Positions 38,133 to 49,537 of a stretch of 64,000 bases of DNA are shown here, piece by piece. The translations under genes were made by a program, and so were the position numbers. Source of the stretch: Clostridia bacterium (GTDB lineage Bacteria; Bacillota; Clostridia; Christensenellales; Borkfalkiaceae); NCBI GenBank assembly GCA_021202395.1, contig JAJQDC010000044.1:137-64136 (forward strand), read 5' to 3'. The notes beneath the pieces are model-generated. The model made no database searches, was not told the origin of the DNA, and saw only the letters and a program-made list of their open reading frames with translations. The stretch's first letter is position 1. Each line of letters opens with the position of its first letter.

Positions 38133-39140
38133 TTATTCTTTTACACCGCCCATATTTACGCCTTTGGCGAAATACTTCTGGATGAAAGGATATACTATAA
38201 GTATAGGTACAACCGAGCAAACAACCATCGCATATACAACGCCGTAGGTAGATATTGTTACACCGCCGGCACCGTCGTCGTACAGGTTGTTCCAGGATAT
38301 CATAGCGTCTTCGTTAGCTTCGCCAACAAGGCTGGTATATGTGCTGATGAAGTCGCGGACGAATACCTGAACGGGCCATGAATAGCTTTGGTTGTATGCG
38401 CCGGACATGATCTTCATCGCCCAGAAGTAGCCGTTCCAACGGGATATTGCAAAGAACAACGTTACGGTTGCTATTGTAGCTCTACTCATAGGAAGGTAAA
38501 CTCTTGTAAGAACCTGCATTTCGGTAGCGCCGTCTATACGGGCTGCTTCTTCTATTTCAGAGGGAACTCCTTCAAATGCGTTTCTTAAAAGAATTATGTT
38601 GGTAGCGTTCATACCCATGGCAAGAACTACAACCCATTTAAGGTCTATGCTGTTGGGGTTGCCGCCCTGGCCTGCTATGGTAGCAAAAATTTCAGCTGTG
38701 TCTATATAGTTGTTATATGTAGCAACAACGCCTGCGCCGAACCACATGGTGAACACAAGGAAGAAGTTCCAGCCGTGCCTGCCAAGCAAGCGCTTTTTGC
38801 TGAGTGCATATGCGCCGAGCACCGAATATATAAGGCACCAAACGGTACCTATTACCGTCATGAATATGGTGTTGGAATAGCTTATCCAGAACTGTGCGCT
38901 GCCCCTGCCTGTAAACAGGTACTGGTATGCGGTTATCGTTCCGCCGATAGATAAACTGTTTTTATCCGAACCGATCATGGGTAAAAGTATTACCGAACCG
39001 GTGGTATTCGCTTCGTTAGAGCTGAAGGATGCACCTAATGCGTAAAGGAAGGGATATACGCAAATTACCGCAAATATTATAAGGAATACGTATGCAATAA
39101 TTTTGAATATCAGTTCCGATGTCTCCATTTTACGTTTCAT
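38133..39140 (-). CDS. ABC permease (MalG/LplC-type), copy 2
   Basis: Translation identical to 17951..18958. Confidence 0.8.
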   Translation of the reverse strand: MKRKMETSELIFKIIAYVFLIIFAVICVYPFLYALGASFSSNEANTTGSVILLPMIGSDKNSLSIGGTITAYQYLFTGRGSAQFWISYSNTIFMTVIGTVWCLIYSVLGAYALSKKRLLGRHGWNFFLVFTMWFGAGVVATYNNYIDTAEIFATIAGQGGNPNSIDLKWVVVLAMGMNATNIILLRNAFEGVPSEIEEAARIDGATEMQVLTRVYLPMSRATIATVTLFFAISRWNGYFWAMKIMSGAYNQSYSWPVQVFVRDFISTYTSLVGEANEDAMISWNNLYDDGAGGVTISTYGVVYAMVVCSVVPILIVYPFIQKYFAKGVNMGGVKE

Positions 39141-39155
39141 ACATCAAATTCCCCC

Positions 39156-40235
39156 TTAATACAGCGATACATCGGTAGCCTTGCGGCTTACGGCATTTGA
39201 GCCTATAACCAGAATCATGCCGAGCAGGTTGGTAATCATTTCGCCCGCCATACCTATAGGCTGGTTGGTAGTCATGCCGTTTGCCCATACCGAAACGGTT
39301 GCGCCAATGTAGTAGTTGCCGTTCCTGTTGGTAACACCGGAACCCTGAACATACAGGTAAACCTTTTCGTAGCTAACAGAAAGCAGCGAGCCTATCTTCA
39401 TTATAAGCATAATAACTACGGTAGACAATATGCTGGGTATAACAACATAGCGCATCTGCGCCATCTTGCCTGCGCCGTCTATCTGCGCTGCTTCGTAAGA
39501 AGTAGGAGATACGGCAATTACCGCAGCAAAGAATACTATACTGTCGTAGCCTGCGTGCTCCCATAATTCAGAGATTATGAATATACCCCTGAAGTACCTG
39601 GTGCTGTAAACTATACCTGTCTGAGTTGCCTGCCCTATTACAGAGTCTGAACCGAAGATACCTACTATAGCTTTTGCAAGGATACCGTTTGAGCCGGTGC
39701 CGCCGAAAAGCGATATAATAAGTGTGGTGATAACTACGACAGACATGAACTTAGGCAGATATACGCAAACCTGCATAATGCTGCGCGCGATGTTAGAGCG
39801 GACTTCGTTAAAGAACAACGCGAGAATAATGGGGAACGGGAAACCGAACAGTAAACCATAGAAGGCTATGATGAACGTGTTGCGGAAAGTACTCCAGAAC
39901 GTGTTGTAGTATGTACCGTAGTAACCGCTGCCCGCTATAAGCGCGCCAAAGTTGTCGAAACCGGACCAGCTAAGGTCTTCAAGCATACCGCCGTTGGTTC
40001 CTACGTCTTTGAACACCGCAAGAAGCTCGGTTATGGGCAGGTATTTCCATAGGATGTATACCAGCAACATAGGTACGAGCATCAGGTACAGGCGCCAGTC
40101 CTTAAGTACAGTCAAGCCGATGTCCTTCCACCGCTTTTTTTCGACTTCGTCCCTTACCTGCTGATCGGGTGCGATGGAATATGTTCCAGTCGCCTCGTCA
40201 TAAGTAAGGAAATCGTCGCACTTAAGTTTGAACAT
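39156..40235 (-). CDS. ABC permease (MalF/LplB-type), copy 2
   Basis: Translation identical to 18974..20053. Confidence 0.8.
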   Translation of the reverse strand: MFKLKCDDFLTYDEATGTYSIAPDQQVRDEVEKKRWKDIGLTVLKDWRLYLMLVPMLLVYILWKYLPITELLAVFKDVGTNGGMLEDLSWSGFDNFGALIAGSGYYGTYYNTFWSTFRNTFIIAFYGLLFGFPFPIILALFFNEVRSNIARSIMQVCVYLPKFMSVVVITTLIISLFGGTGSNGILAKAIVGIFGSDSVIGQATQTGIVYSTRYFRGIFIISELWEHAGYDSIVFFAAVIAVSPTSYEAAQIDGAGKMAQMRYVVIPSILSTVVIMLIMKIGSLLSVSYEKVYLYVQGSGVTNRNGNYYIGATVSVWANGMTTNQPIGMAGEMITNLLGMILVIGSNAVSRKATDVSLY

Positions 40236-40365
40236 AAGTTCCCTCCATATCACTTAAAAATATAAGTAATTATTTGTAAGAGCGGCTGTTCGGGCTTTCC
40301 TGCCCGCGTTACCGCGTTTTACCATAGTAAAAAATTTAATAAAAGCATAATGCGGGCAAACGAGC

Positions 40366-41064
40366 CTATTCAAACAGATCGTTACCCTTTTTATTTAAAG
40401 CTTCTATATCTTCAGGCGAAATTTCTATGGGGTCGTCCCCGTAGGTATCTATCCGCCATCTTTCTTCTTTTTCTTTCTGAAGGCGCAGAAGGTAATCTTT
40501 CTGCCGCTCCATCATACCGTCAGACCGCCGCATAATGAACATTATCACCAGAGCCATAGCCAGCGACAACAGATCCCAGATAAGAAATTCTGTTGTAAAG
40601 CCGAACCCTACGCAGGCGGCTACTGCCGTTCTGCCAAGGGCTACGCACAGCCAGCCTGCCAACGTAAATAAAAGCGTAAGCCACCATCTTTTCTGGATGC
40701 GCTTGTAGCCGACAAAATGAACCATAAGGTAATCAAGCCCGATAAACGCATTGCCTATACCGTATATTAAAAGGTTATGCCACACGTCTGTGCCCGTTAC
40801 CCCGTCCATGTTCAGCAGGTAGAGCATGCAGTAGAACAGCCCGTCGAACACGGCATAAAACATACCGTACCAGCCCCACCTTAACATCATAAGCAGCGTT
40901 ACAGGCACCACTATAGAAAATATAAAGTCGGCATAATCTGTGAACCAGGAAGCAAAGGCATAATAGCTGATAAGTTCAAATGCTACAAGAATTACTGCAA
41001 ACAGAAACATATCTGTAAAACGGTATCTGCCGAAAGAAATAACTCTTGCGTTTAATTTACCCAT
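40366..41064 (-). CDS. Polytopic membrane protein (232 aa), copy 2
   Basis: Translation identical to 20184..20882. Confidence 0.55.
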   Translation of the reverse strand: MGKLNARVISFGRYRFTDMFLFAVILVAFELISYYAFASWFTDYADFIFSIVVPVTLLMMLRWGWYGMFYAVFDGLFYCMLYLLNMDGVTGTDVWHNLLIYGIGNAFIGLDYLMVHFVGYKRIQKRWWLTLLFTLAGWLCVALGRTAVAACVGFGFTTEFLIWDLLSLAMALVIMFIMRRSDGMMERQKDYLLRLQKEKEERWRIDTYGDDPIEISPEDIEALNKKGNDLFE

Positions 41065-41246
41065 ACTTTATCGTAAGCAACAAAATAACATTGAAAATTT
41101 TGTAATTTACCGATGCCATTGTGTTACATTTTCACATTTAGCTTTCTTATTATAGCATACACTTTTTTAAAAATCAATACCTTTTTTAATTGTTTCACAA
41201 AAAAATTTATGATAAAATTAAAATACATTTAAATGAGGTACCCGTT

Positions 41247-42224
41247 ATGACAAAAATTTATGTAACTCCCGACGATGACCTGCAAAAGATATTGGACGGC
41301 ATCACCGCCCCCTCCACAATATATCTGGCAAAGGGAGTTTATAATCAAAAAATAAAAATAAGTTGTTCCAACGTAAAAATTGTGGGTGAAGAACGTGAAA
41401 CAACGGTGATATCGTACGGCGACTACGCCCGCAAGATACACGCCGACGGAAAAGAATATAACACTTTCCGCACCTACACGGTATGCGTTACGGGCGAAAA
41501 TGTAAAGCTTGAAAACTTTACCATAGAAAATTACAATACCAGCCCTTCGCAGGTGGGGCAGTGCGTAGCCCTTTCGGTAAACGCAAAGCGCTTTCTTGCG
41601 TACAAAATGACGCTTAAATCTATGCAGGACACGCTTTTTGTGGCACCATTCCCCGACGACCTGGTGGTGCGCTACCGCGGTTTTATACCCGAAGACGAAT
41701 TGTATATGGAAGGCGGCAGCCTGCACCTTTTTAAAAACTGCAGGATATGCGGCACGGTAGACTTTATTTTCGGCTGCGCAGAAGCGTACTTTACGGGCTG
41801 CGAAATCGTATCTTTAGACGACGTAAGGGATATAAGCTATATAGCCGCACCCGCGCACAGTTTAAAGCAGAAATACGGCTTTACCTTTGCAAACTGCAAC
41901 ATAACAAGCGGCGGTGCGGTAGACGGCGGCACGTTCCTTGCGCGCCCGTGGAGAGACTTCGGCAAGTGCTGCTTTGTAAACTGCAAAGCCGGCACCCACC
42001 TTCACCCCGAAATGTTTGACAAGTGGAACGACACCGAGCGCAACAAAACGGCACGGTTCTATTACGGCGGGCTGAAGACGGCAGAGCCTGTAGCTCCCGT
42101 AGAATGGAGCCACGAGCTTTCTGCGGCAGAGATAAAAAAGCTGCTTGCAAGGTGTTCCGAAGTGGAAAAATCTTACGGCTTTGACGTGATACCCCGCGCC
42201 TTGCTGCGCACCGTAAAAAAATAA
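41247..42224 (+). CDS. Pectinesterase (CE8), copy 2
   Basis: Translation identical to 21065..22042. Confidence 0.8.
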   Translation: MTKIYVTPDDDLQKILDGITAPSTIYLAKGVYNQKIKISCSNVKIVGEERETTVISYGDYARKIHADGKEYNTFRTYTVCVTGENVKLENFTIENYNTSPSQVGQCVALSVNAKRFLAYKMTLKSMQDTLFVAPFPDDLVVRYRGFIPEDELYMEGGSLHLFKNCRICGTVDFIFGCAEAYFTGCEIVSLDDVRDISYIAAPAHSLKQKYGFTFANCNITSGGAVDGGTFLARPWRDFGKCCFVNCKAGTHLHPEMFDKWNDTERNKTARFYYGGLKTAEPVAPVEWSHELSAAEIKKLLARCSEVEKSYGFDVIPRALLRTVKK

Positions 42225-42383
42225 AAGAGCAATAAATCGGGCATATGTGGGCATCAATCAAATAAAATACGGTAAACGGGTACGTTATTTCGTGCCCGTT
42301 TTTTATGATTGGGCGGCATATATGCCCCGATTAATGCAAAAACGCCGCACGGCATGCCGTGCGGCGTTTTACGTTTAATTTAA

Positions 42384-43796
42384 TTAAAAGCCGAAGTATT
42401 CCTGGGCGTTGTTGTAGCAAACGTTTTCTACAATCTTGCCAAGAACGTCAAGCTGGCTTTCGGGGTACTGTCCGCTTTCTACCAGGTTGCCGAGCATGTT
42501 GCAGAGTATTCTTCTGTAATACTCGTGGCGGGGATATGCAAGGAACGAGCGGCTGTCGGTAAGCATACCTACGGACTGAGCCACAAGGCCTACCTGCATA
42601 AGCGTTTCAAGGTTCTGCTTCATGCCGTCCTGCTGGTCAAGGAACCACCAAGCCGTGCCTACCTGCACCCTGCCCTTTACGCCTTCTTTCTGGAAGCAGC
42701 CCGAAAGAACGGTAAGCGCATAGTTGTCGCGGGGGTTAAGACAATAGAGTATTGTCTTGGGCAGTGCGTCTGCCATGTCAAGCGCACCCAGAAGCGCCGA
42801 AAGTTTAGACATGTAAACCTGGTCTTCTATGGCGTCGAAACCGGTGTCGGGACCGATCTTTTCAAGCATGGTCTTGGAGTTGTTGCGCAGCGCGCCGATG
42901 TGGTACTGCTGTACCCATCCGTACTTTGCATACTCTTTGCCAAGGAACAAAAGAACGTAACCCTTGTACTTATCCTGCTCTTCGTCGCTTACGTGTTCGC
43001 CCTTCATGCCTTTAAGGAATATGGCGTTGGCTTCTTCGTACGTAGCGGGAGCATAGTGTACCACGTCAAGGGCGTGGTCAGAAACTTTTGAGCCCATTTT
43101 GTCGAAGAATGCAATCCTTTCTGCAAGAGCATTGCAAAGGTCTTCAAGCGAATTGATGGGTTTGCCCACCACGCCTGCCAGCTGGTTTACCCAGCTTGCA
43201 AACCACGAAAGCTCTACGTTTATAGCTTTGTCGGGGCGGAACGCGGGGCGTACCTTGACTTTTAAGGTGGGGTCCGCATTCATTTTGGCGTGCCATTCAA
43301 GCGAGTCAACGGGGTCGTCGGTAGTGCATACCGTTTTAACGTTGAACTTGTACATCATTTCGCGCGCGGTCAAAGTTTTTAACTTTTCGTTGGCTTTATC
43401 CCAGATCTTTTTAGCGTTTTCGGGGCATATTATGTCGTCTATATCAAAGTAACGCTGCATTTCAAGGTGAGACCAGTGATAGAGCGGGTTGCCTACGAAG
43501 TAGGGCATGGACTCTACAAACTGAAGATATTTTTTGTAATCGTCGTCGGGGCCGGATATTGAATCTTCTTCATATCCCCTTGCGCGCAGCGAACGCCACT
43601 TGTAGTGGTCGCCGTACCTGTCGCCTGCACCCAGCCATACTTCGGCAAGGTTTCTGAACTGCTTGTCCTCGTAAATTTCCTTGGGCTGAAGGTGGCAGTG
43701 ATAGTCTATTATAGGCATCTTTTCTGCATGTTCATGATAGAGCTTTTTAGCCGTCTCTGTTTCAAGCAGAAAGTCTTTATCCATAAATTTTTTCAT
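42384..43796 (-). CDS. uxaC: Glucuronate/galacturonate isomerase, copy 2
   Basis: Translation identical to 22202..23614. Confidence 0.9.
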   Translation of the reverse strand: MKKFMDKDFLLETETAKKLYHEHAEKMPIIDYHCHLQPKEIYEDKQFRNLAEVWLGAGDRYGDHYKWRSLRARGYEEDSISGPDDDYKKYLQFVESMPYFVGNPLYHWSHLEMQRYFDIDDIICPENAKKIWDKANEKLKTLTAREMMYKFNVKTVCTTDDPVDSLEWHAKMNADPTLKVKVRPAFRPDKAINVELSWFASWVNQLAGVVGKPINSLEDLCNALAERIAFFDKMGSKVSDHALDVVHYAPATYEEANAIFLKGMKGEHVSDEEQDKYKGYVLLFLGKEYAKYGWVQQYHIGALRNNSKTMLEKIGPDTGFDAIEDQVYMSKLSALLGALDMADALPKTILYCLNPRDNYALTVLSGCFQKEGVKGRVQVGTAWWFLDQQDGMKQNLETLMQVGLVAQSVGMLTDSRSFLAYPRHEYYRRILCNMLGNLVESGQYPESQLDVLGKIVENVCYNNAQEYFGF

Positions 43797-45268
43797 TATA
43801 AGGTTACTCCTGTTTTGAATATAGCTAATTCACGTGTATTGTTAATTTCGTTCTTGGTAGGCTGCCCGTTTACCGTTGCAACCACAAGGTCTATTAATCT
43901 TTCAAGCTGGGTATCAAAGTCGGTATCAAGTATGGCACCTGCATTGAAGTCTATCCAGTTGCTCTTTTTTGCCGCAAGCTCTTTGTTTGTAGCAATCTTT
44001 ATGGTGGGAACGAACCCGCCGAAAGGCGTACCCCTGCCCGTGGTGAACAGCACAAGGTGGCAGCCTGCAGCACCAAGATTGGTTACGGCGCACATATCGT
44101 TGCCCGGCCCGTTTAACAGGTTGAGCCCTTTGGCGGTAACATATCCGTCATCGAACACTACGTCCTGCACTGCGGAAGAACCTGATTTTTGCGTGCAGCC
44201 CAAAGACTTGTCTTCCAGCGTGGTTATGCCGCCCGCCTTGTTGCCGGGGGAAGGATTTTCGTAAACCACCTGCCCGTTGCGCCTGAAATAGTCTTTAAAG
44301 TCGTTTATAAGTTTAACGGTCTTGTTAAAGGTCTCTTCGTCTTTGGCCCTGTTCATCAAAAGCTGTTCTGCGCCGAACATTTCGGGTACTTCGGTGAGCA
44401 CCGTAGTGCCGCCGCATGCCACTATATAGTCGCTGAAAAGCCCTACCAGGGGGTTAGCCGTAATGCCCGAAAGCCCGTCGGAACCGCCGCATTTAAGCCC
44501 GACTTTAAGGCAGGACATATCCTTTTGCACCCGCTTGTCGTTCTTTATCACGTCGGCAATCTCTTTAACGAGCTTTACGCCCGTAGCGATTTCGTCGTCT
44601 TCTTCCTGGCATATCATAAATTTAACGCGGCTTTCGTCTACCTTGCCAAGCGTTTCGCGGAAGGCGGACATCTGGTTATTTTCGCATCCGAGACCTATTA
44701 CCAGCACGCCGCCCGCATTGGGATGGCGCACCATCTTCTGCAATATAAGCTTAGTGCGCTCGTGGTCGTCGCCCAGCTGTGAGCAGCCGTAGGGATGTGT
44801 GTATACGTAAACGCCGTCAAACCCTTCTGTGCCGTACTGCGCCTTATATGTGTCTGCTATAACCTTAGCCTGGCCGTTTACGCAGCCTACGGTGGGTATT
44901 ATCCACAATTCATTGCGGATACCTACGTTACCGTTTGCCCTTTCGTATACGTTTACTTTGCGGGGAGTTACCTTTTTTACGGGGCACTCTACCTTGTTAT
45001 AGGTATATTCAAGATTTTCAGAAAGATTGGTATGCACGTTATGGGTGTGCACATGCGTTCCTTTGGGGATATCTGCCGTTGCACACGCAATACTGTTGCC
45101 GTATTTTATAATGTTTTCGCCTTTGGCAATGTCGCGCAGGGCAAACTTGTGCCCCTTTGTAATATCCTGTGCAAGGGTAACCCCTTCGTGCGTTTCGCCG
45201 CACTTAAGGTCGCGCAGGGCAACGGCAACATTGTCAAGCGGATTTATTATTATCGTTGACTTAGCCAT
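43796..45268 (-). CDS. uxaA: Altronate dehydratase, copy 2
   Basis: Translation identical to 23614..25086. Confidence 0.85.
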   Translation of the reverse strand: MAKSTIIINPLDNVAVALRDLKCGETHEGVTLAQDITKGHKFALRDIAKGENIIKYGNSIACATADIPKGTHVHTHNVHTNLSENLEYTYNKVECPVKKVTPRKVNVYERANGNVGIRNELWIIPTVGCVNGQAKVIADTYKAQYGTEGFDGVYVYTHPYGCSQLGDDHERTKLILQKMVRHPNAGGVLVIGLGCENNQMSAFRETLGKVDESRVKFMICQEEDDEIATGVKLVKEIADVIKNDKRVQKDMSCLKVGLKCGGSDGLSGITANPLVGLFSDYIVACGGTTVLTEVPEMFGAEQLLMNRAKDEETFNKTVKLINDFKDYFRRNGQVVYENPSPGNKAGGITTLEDKSLGCTQKSGSSAVQDVVFDDGYVTAKGLNLLNGPGNDMCAVTNLGAAGCHLVLFTTGRGTPFGGFVPTIKIATNKELAAKKSNWIDFNAGAILDTDFDTQLERLIDLVVATVNGQPTKNEINNTRELAIFKTGVTL

Positions 45269-46709
45269 TTACAAACCCTTCCACTGCTTTATTCATACCG
45301 TTCTTGTCTATGTCTTCAAGATAAGCGGCTACCTTTGCGGTAATTTCGGGATGTATGGTATTCATATCCATATCCCACGCTTCTTCCCACGCAAGAACTT
45401 TTTTAGCCATTGCGGCATAGTCGCCGTTGAAGTCTGCCCACAGTCTGTGCCAGAATGCAAGGTAAGCAGGGTCGTCTTTAAGAGCTATTTCTTCGTTGCC
45501 TCTCTTGCCTTTGTGGAATTCTATCATTGCCGCCAAAGAGAACAGAACGTGTTCGGGAAGGGTGCCCTTTATGCGTACATAGTCTAAAAGGGTGGGCAGT
45601 ATCCTTGTTTTAAACTTGGTTGTAGAGTTCAAAGCTATAGACATAAGCTCATGCCTGATGTAGGGGTTCTGGTACCTTTCAAGCACGCTGTTGGCAAAGT
45701 CTACCATTTCATTCTGGGGCAGGTCTATTGTGGGGTTAACTTCGTTGAATACAAAGTCGCGCACATACTTGCCGATTATGGGATCGTTTACAGCTTCGCC
45801 TACCGTGTCTATACCGCAAAGGTAAGCAACGGGAACCATAGCCGTGTGAGAACCGTTGAGTATCTTTACTTTACGCTGTTTGTAAGGTTTGATGCTGTCG
45901 GCAAAAATTACGTTCAGCCCCGTTGAATCTGCGGGTAAAACCTTCTGTATATAGGGTTCCTTTTTAAGCACCCAAAGGTGGAAAATTTCGCCCTTTACAA
46001 CGTTGTTGTCTATATAGCCCGTCTCTTCCCTTATGGCGTCTATTTCTGCCTTGGGGTAACCGGGAACTATCCTGTCTACAAGCGTGCTGGTAAAGTGGTT
46101 TGCCGTCTGCATCCATTTAATGAACTTTTCGTCCATGTTGTTTATTTTTGCAAGCTCGGTAAGCACTTTGTACAGCTCGTCGCCGTTGTTATCTATAAGT
46201 TCGCAGGGAACTATGGCAAGACCTTTGTCCATAGCGCCGCCGAATGCGTCGTACCTTCTTTTTAACAGGGCAAGGAGCTTGCCGGGGAAGGACTTGGGCG
46301 TAACCGTAAGGTCGGTGTCGGTGGGATCAAGCGCAATGCCTGCTTCGGTTGTGTTAGAAATTATTATCTGTAAATCTTCGCTTTCGCCGTATTTAAGATA
46401 TTTTTCGTAATCGGTAAAGGGGTTAACGCAGTCGCCTATTACGTCTATAATGCGGCTTGACTTAACCTTTTTGCCCTTATCTATGCCTTCAAGGCGCACG
46501 GTGTAAAGCCCGTCCTGCACTTCAAGTTCCTTTACCCTGCCCAAAGGCATGGGCTGTACAACTACTACTCCCGCGTCTATCGCGCCCTTATCGTTAAGAT
46601 CCTGAAGTATCCATTCTATAAATGCACGCAGGAAGTTACCTTCGCCGAACTGCATTATCTTTATCTTTCTTTCAGGCTTATTGTAAATTTTTTTGCTAAG
46701 CTGTTCCAT
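45261..46709 (-). CDS. uxaB: Tagaturonate reductase, copy 2
   Basis: Translation identical to 25079..26527. Confidence 0.8.
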   Translation of the reverse strand: MEQLSKKIYNKPERKIKIMQFGEGNFLRAFIEWILQDLNDKGAIDAGVVVVQPMPLGRVKELEVQDGLYTVRLEGIDKGKKVKSSRIIDVIGDCVNPFTDYEKYLKYGESEDLQIIISNTTEAGIALDPTDTDLTVTPKSFPGKLLALLKRRYDAFGGAMDKGLAIVPCELIDNNGDELYKVLTELAKINNMDEKFIKWMQTANHFTSTLVDRIVPGYPKAEIDAIREETGYIDNNVVKGEIFHLWVLKKEPYIQKVLPADSTGLNVIFADSIKPYKQRKVKILNGSHTAMVPVAYLCGIDTVGEAVNDPIIGKYVRDFVFNEVNPTIDLPQNEMVDFANSVLERYQNPYIRHELMSIALNSTTKFKTRILPTLLDYVRIKGTLPEHVLFSLAAMIEFHKGKRGNEEIALKDDPAYLAFWHRLWADFNGDYAAMAKKVLAWEEAWDMDMNTIHPEITAKVAAYLEDIDKNGMNKAVEGFVNG

Positions 46710-46877
46710 ATATTAAAACTACCTCACGTTTATATTTATTTTGTTAAATTAAAAATTTTGCATAACAAACAGAGCTATGCGTAGTTACACATACCTTGCC
46801 TTATTGCATAAGGCGGTAATTTTTCAGTTTTAAGCAATGCGGGCGCAGCGCAACCGCGCTGCGCCTTGCAGTGTATA

Positions 46878-47996
46878 TCAGTGTCTTTTTATATCGGTTT
46901 CTACGGCAAGCTCTGTCTCTTTGTCGTACAGGTATGCGCTCTTGTAAGGAATGTTGAACACACACTCGGTATCCCTTTCGGGGGTATCGTGAGGGTTAAT
47001 TTTAAGTATAACGTTAACGCCGTCTACCGTTGCATATACGTTGGTGTTGTCGCCAAGGAGCTCGGTAAGTTCTACCTGAGAGCTGAACGTATAGCCGTCT
47101 TTAGGCGCTTTTTCGCCTTCTTTTACAAGGTTAACTGCTTCAGGCCTGAATGCAAATACAACTTCTTTGCCTTCAAGCGCTTCCACATCGTTAGCTATGG
47201 GCGAAATGTCAAGCGTGGTTTCTGATTCGCCGTCAAGCTTGAGCATGCCGCCTTCTACCTTGCCGTGAAGGAAGTTCATGGGAGGTTCGCCTATGAAGCC
47301 TGCAACGAACAGGTTGCGGGGATAGAAGTAAAGTTCAAAAGGTGTACCTACCTGCTGGACAACGCCCAGTTTCATAACTACTATCCTGTCTGACATCGTC
47401 ATAGCTTCGGTCTGGTCGTGGGTAACGTAAATGGTTGTTGCGCCTACGCCGCGGTGAATCTGCTTGATTTCGGAACGCATCGTAACCCTTTGCTTTGCGT
47501 CAAGGTTAGACAAAGGTTCGTCCATAAGGAAGATGTTAACCTTTCTTATAAGAACACGGCCTACGGCTACCCTTTGGCACTGGCCGCCGGAAAGCTGGCG
47601 GGGGAATCTTTCAAGGTAGTCTGTAAGCCCGAGTATTTTAGCAGTAGCCTGTACCTTTTCTTCGATTATGTCCGCATCGATGCCTTCGAGCATAAGGCCG
47701 AAAGCAAGATTTTCGTAAACGGTAAGGTGAGGGTAAAGAGCGTACGACTGGAATACCATCGCAATGCCCCTGTCCCTTGAAGACATCTGGTTTGCAAGCA
47801 CGCCGTCGATATAGAATTCGCCGGAAGTGATTTCTTCAAGGCCGGCTATCATACGAAGAGTCGTAGATTTGCCGCAGCCGGAAGAGCCTACAAGGCAGAT
47901 GAATTCGCCGTCCATTATTTCAAGATTGAAGTCGTGTACGGCATGGAATCCGTTAGGATACACTTTGTTAACGTCTTTTAATATAAGATGTGCCAT
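46878..47996 (-). CDS. ABC ATP-binding protein paralog B, copy 2
   Basis: Translation identical to 26696..27814. Confidence 0.85.
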   Translation of the reverse strand: MAHLILKDVNKVYPNGFHAVHDFNLEIMDGEFICLVGSSGCGKSTTLRMIAGLEEITSGEFYIDGVLANQMSSRDRGIAMVFQSYALYPHLTVYENLAFGLMLEGIDADIIEEKVQATAKILGLTDYLERFPRQLSGGQCQRVAVGRVLIRKVNIFLMDEPLSNLDAKQRVTMRSEIKQIHRGVGATTIYVTHDQTEAMTMSDRIVVMKLGVVQQVGTPFELYFYPRNLFVAGFIGEPPMNFLHGKVEGGMLKLDGESETTLDISPIANDVEALEGKEVVFAFRPEAVNLVKEGEKAPKDGYTFSSQVELTELLGDNTNVYATVDGVNVILKINPHDTPERDTECVFNIPYKSAYLYDKETELAVETDIKRH

Positions 47997-48063
47997 TTTT
48001 ATTTTCCCCTAAATTTAATTATCTTTATTTTTATATATAAGCCGCTTTATGCGGACATATTTT

Positions 48064-48933
48064 TTACCTTAAGTCTTGCGTACGTATGTTATCCATATCG
48101 TCGTACGCCTGGTTTTCGCCGCACATGCCCCAGATAAACGTGTAGTTCATGGTACCTACGCCGGTGTGGATAGACCAGCTGGGCGATATTACAGCCTGTT
48201 CGTTATGAAGGATGATGTGCCTTGTTTCCTGGGGGGTACCCATAAGGTGTATTACAGCCTGGTCTTCGGGTACTTCAAAGTACATGTATACTTCCATCCT
48301 TCTTTCGTGCGTGTGGCTGGGAAGGGTATTCCAAGAGCTGCCGGGGGCAAGTTCCGTCATGCCCATCGCAAGCTGGCAGCTTTCGCAAACGTCGCCGATG
48401 ATAAACTGGTTGATGGTGCGTTTGTTGATGCCTTCCATAGTGCCAAGGTGCCTTTGTACGCAGTAGCGTGTGCCTTCTTCGGGCTGTTTGCCTTCTACGG
48501 GTTTGGTGATTTTAACCGTAGGGTAAGACTTGTGGGCAGGGCTGGAATTTATATAGAACTTAGCGGGGTTCTTAGCGTCGTCAGAAGCAAAAACAATTTC
48601 TTTTGTTCCCATACCGATGTATATACCCTCTTTAAACCCTATGTGGTAAACCTTGCCGTCAAGAGTAATGGTGCCTGCCCCGCCGATGTTTATAACGCCC
48701 ATTTCTCTTCTTTCAAGAAAGTAGTCGGTTGCAAGCTCTTTAAACGTGCCAAGCGAAAGCGTGCCTTTAACGGGCATTGCGCCGCCCGCAATAATTCTGT
48801 CCTGGTGGGAATATGTTAGAAGTATGTCGTCTGCTTCAAACAGTTTTTCTACCAGATATTTTTCTCTTAATTCCGCAGTGTCGTAGTGCTTGGAATCGTC
48901 GGGATGGTTTGCGTATCTAACGTCAAATTTCAT
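48064..48933 (-). CDS. kduI: 5-dehydro-4-deoxy-D-glucuronate isomerase, copy 2
   Basis: Translation identical to 27882..28751. Confidence 0.85.
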   Translation of the reverse strand: MKFDVRYANHPDDSKHYDTAELREKYLVEKLFEADDILLTYSHQDRIIAGGAMPVKGTLSLGTFKELATDYFLERREMGVINIGGAGTITLDGKVYHIGFKEGIYIGMGTKEIVFASDDAKNPAKFYINSSPAHKSYPTVKITKPVEGKQPEEGTRYCVQRHLGTMEGINKRTINQFIIGDVCESCQLAMGMTELAPGSSWNTLPSHTHERRMEVYMYFEVPEDQAVIHLMGTPQETRHIILHNEQAVISPSWSIHTGVGTMNYTFIWGMCGENQAYDDMDNIRTQDLR

Positions 48934-48978
48934 AAAAAAAGCTCCTTTATCATTACACGTGCAAATTCTTTTTTGAAT

Positions 48979-49208
48979 TGCTGTTCAAAAATCTTTGCTG
49001 CGATTTTTAAAGACAAACCATTCTCTGCTTTGCTTCGAATGTTTTTTCTTTCTTTTGCGCATTTGCCAGGGGCATAGATATTATATAATGCGCAAAATTC
49101 AATCTTTTACCTGAATATCAAGGGGTTTTGGGCATAACAAGTGAAGCCCAAAACTCATTATTATTTTTAATAAGCCGCAAATTGCTACGCAATTATGCGA
49201 ATTTTTAC
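48979..49208 (-). promoter_or_regulatory. Conserved upstream block of kduI, copy 2
   Basis: Duplicate of 28797..29026 (offset +20182). Confidence 0.5.
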
Positions 49209-49537
49209 TTATGTGCCGCCTCACTTGGCTGTCCGCGCGTTCGCGCGAGATCTTTCGACTACGCTCAAGATGACGAGTTTGGTCTGACGCTATAATACGG
49301 TTGAATTCTTTCAAATAAATCTACCTTATAGCGGCACAAAAGTCTATGTCATTGCGAGCGGTCTCTACCGCGTGGCAATCTCGCGAGTACTCGCGGATGG
49401 CGGAGCAACAACGCCACACAAGTTATTTAAAAATAATACGTCTATTCTTAAATAATTCTCCGCCTTTTCATTTAACAAAAACTCAAACGGCTACCCGTAT
49501 GTGCGGTAAGCCGCACATACGGACCGTTGGATTCAGT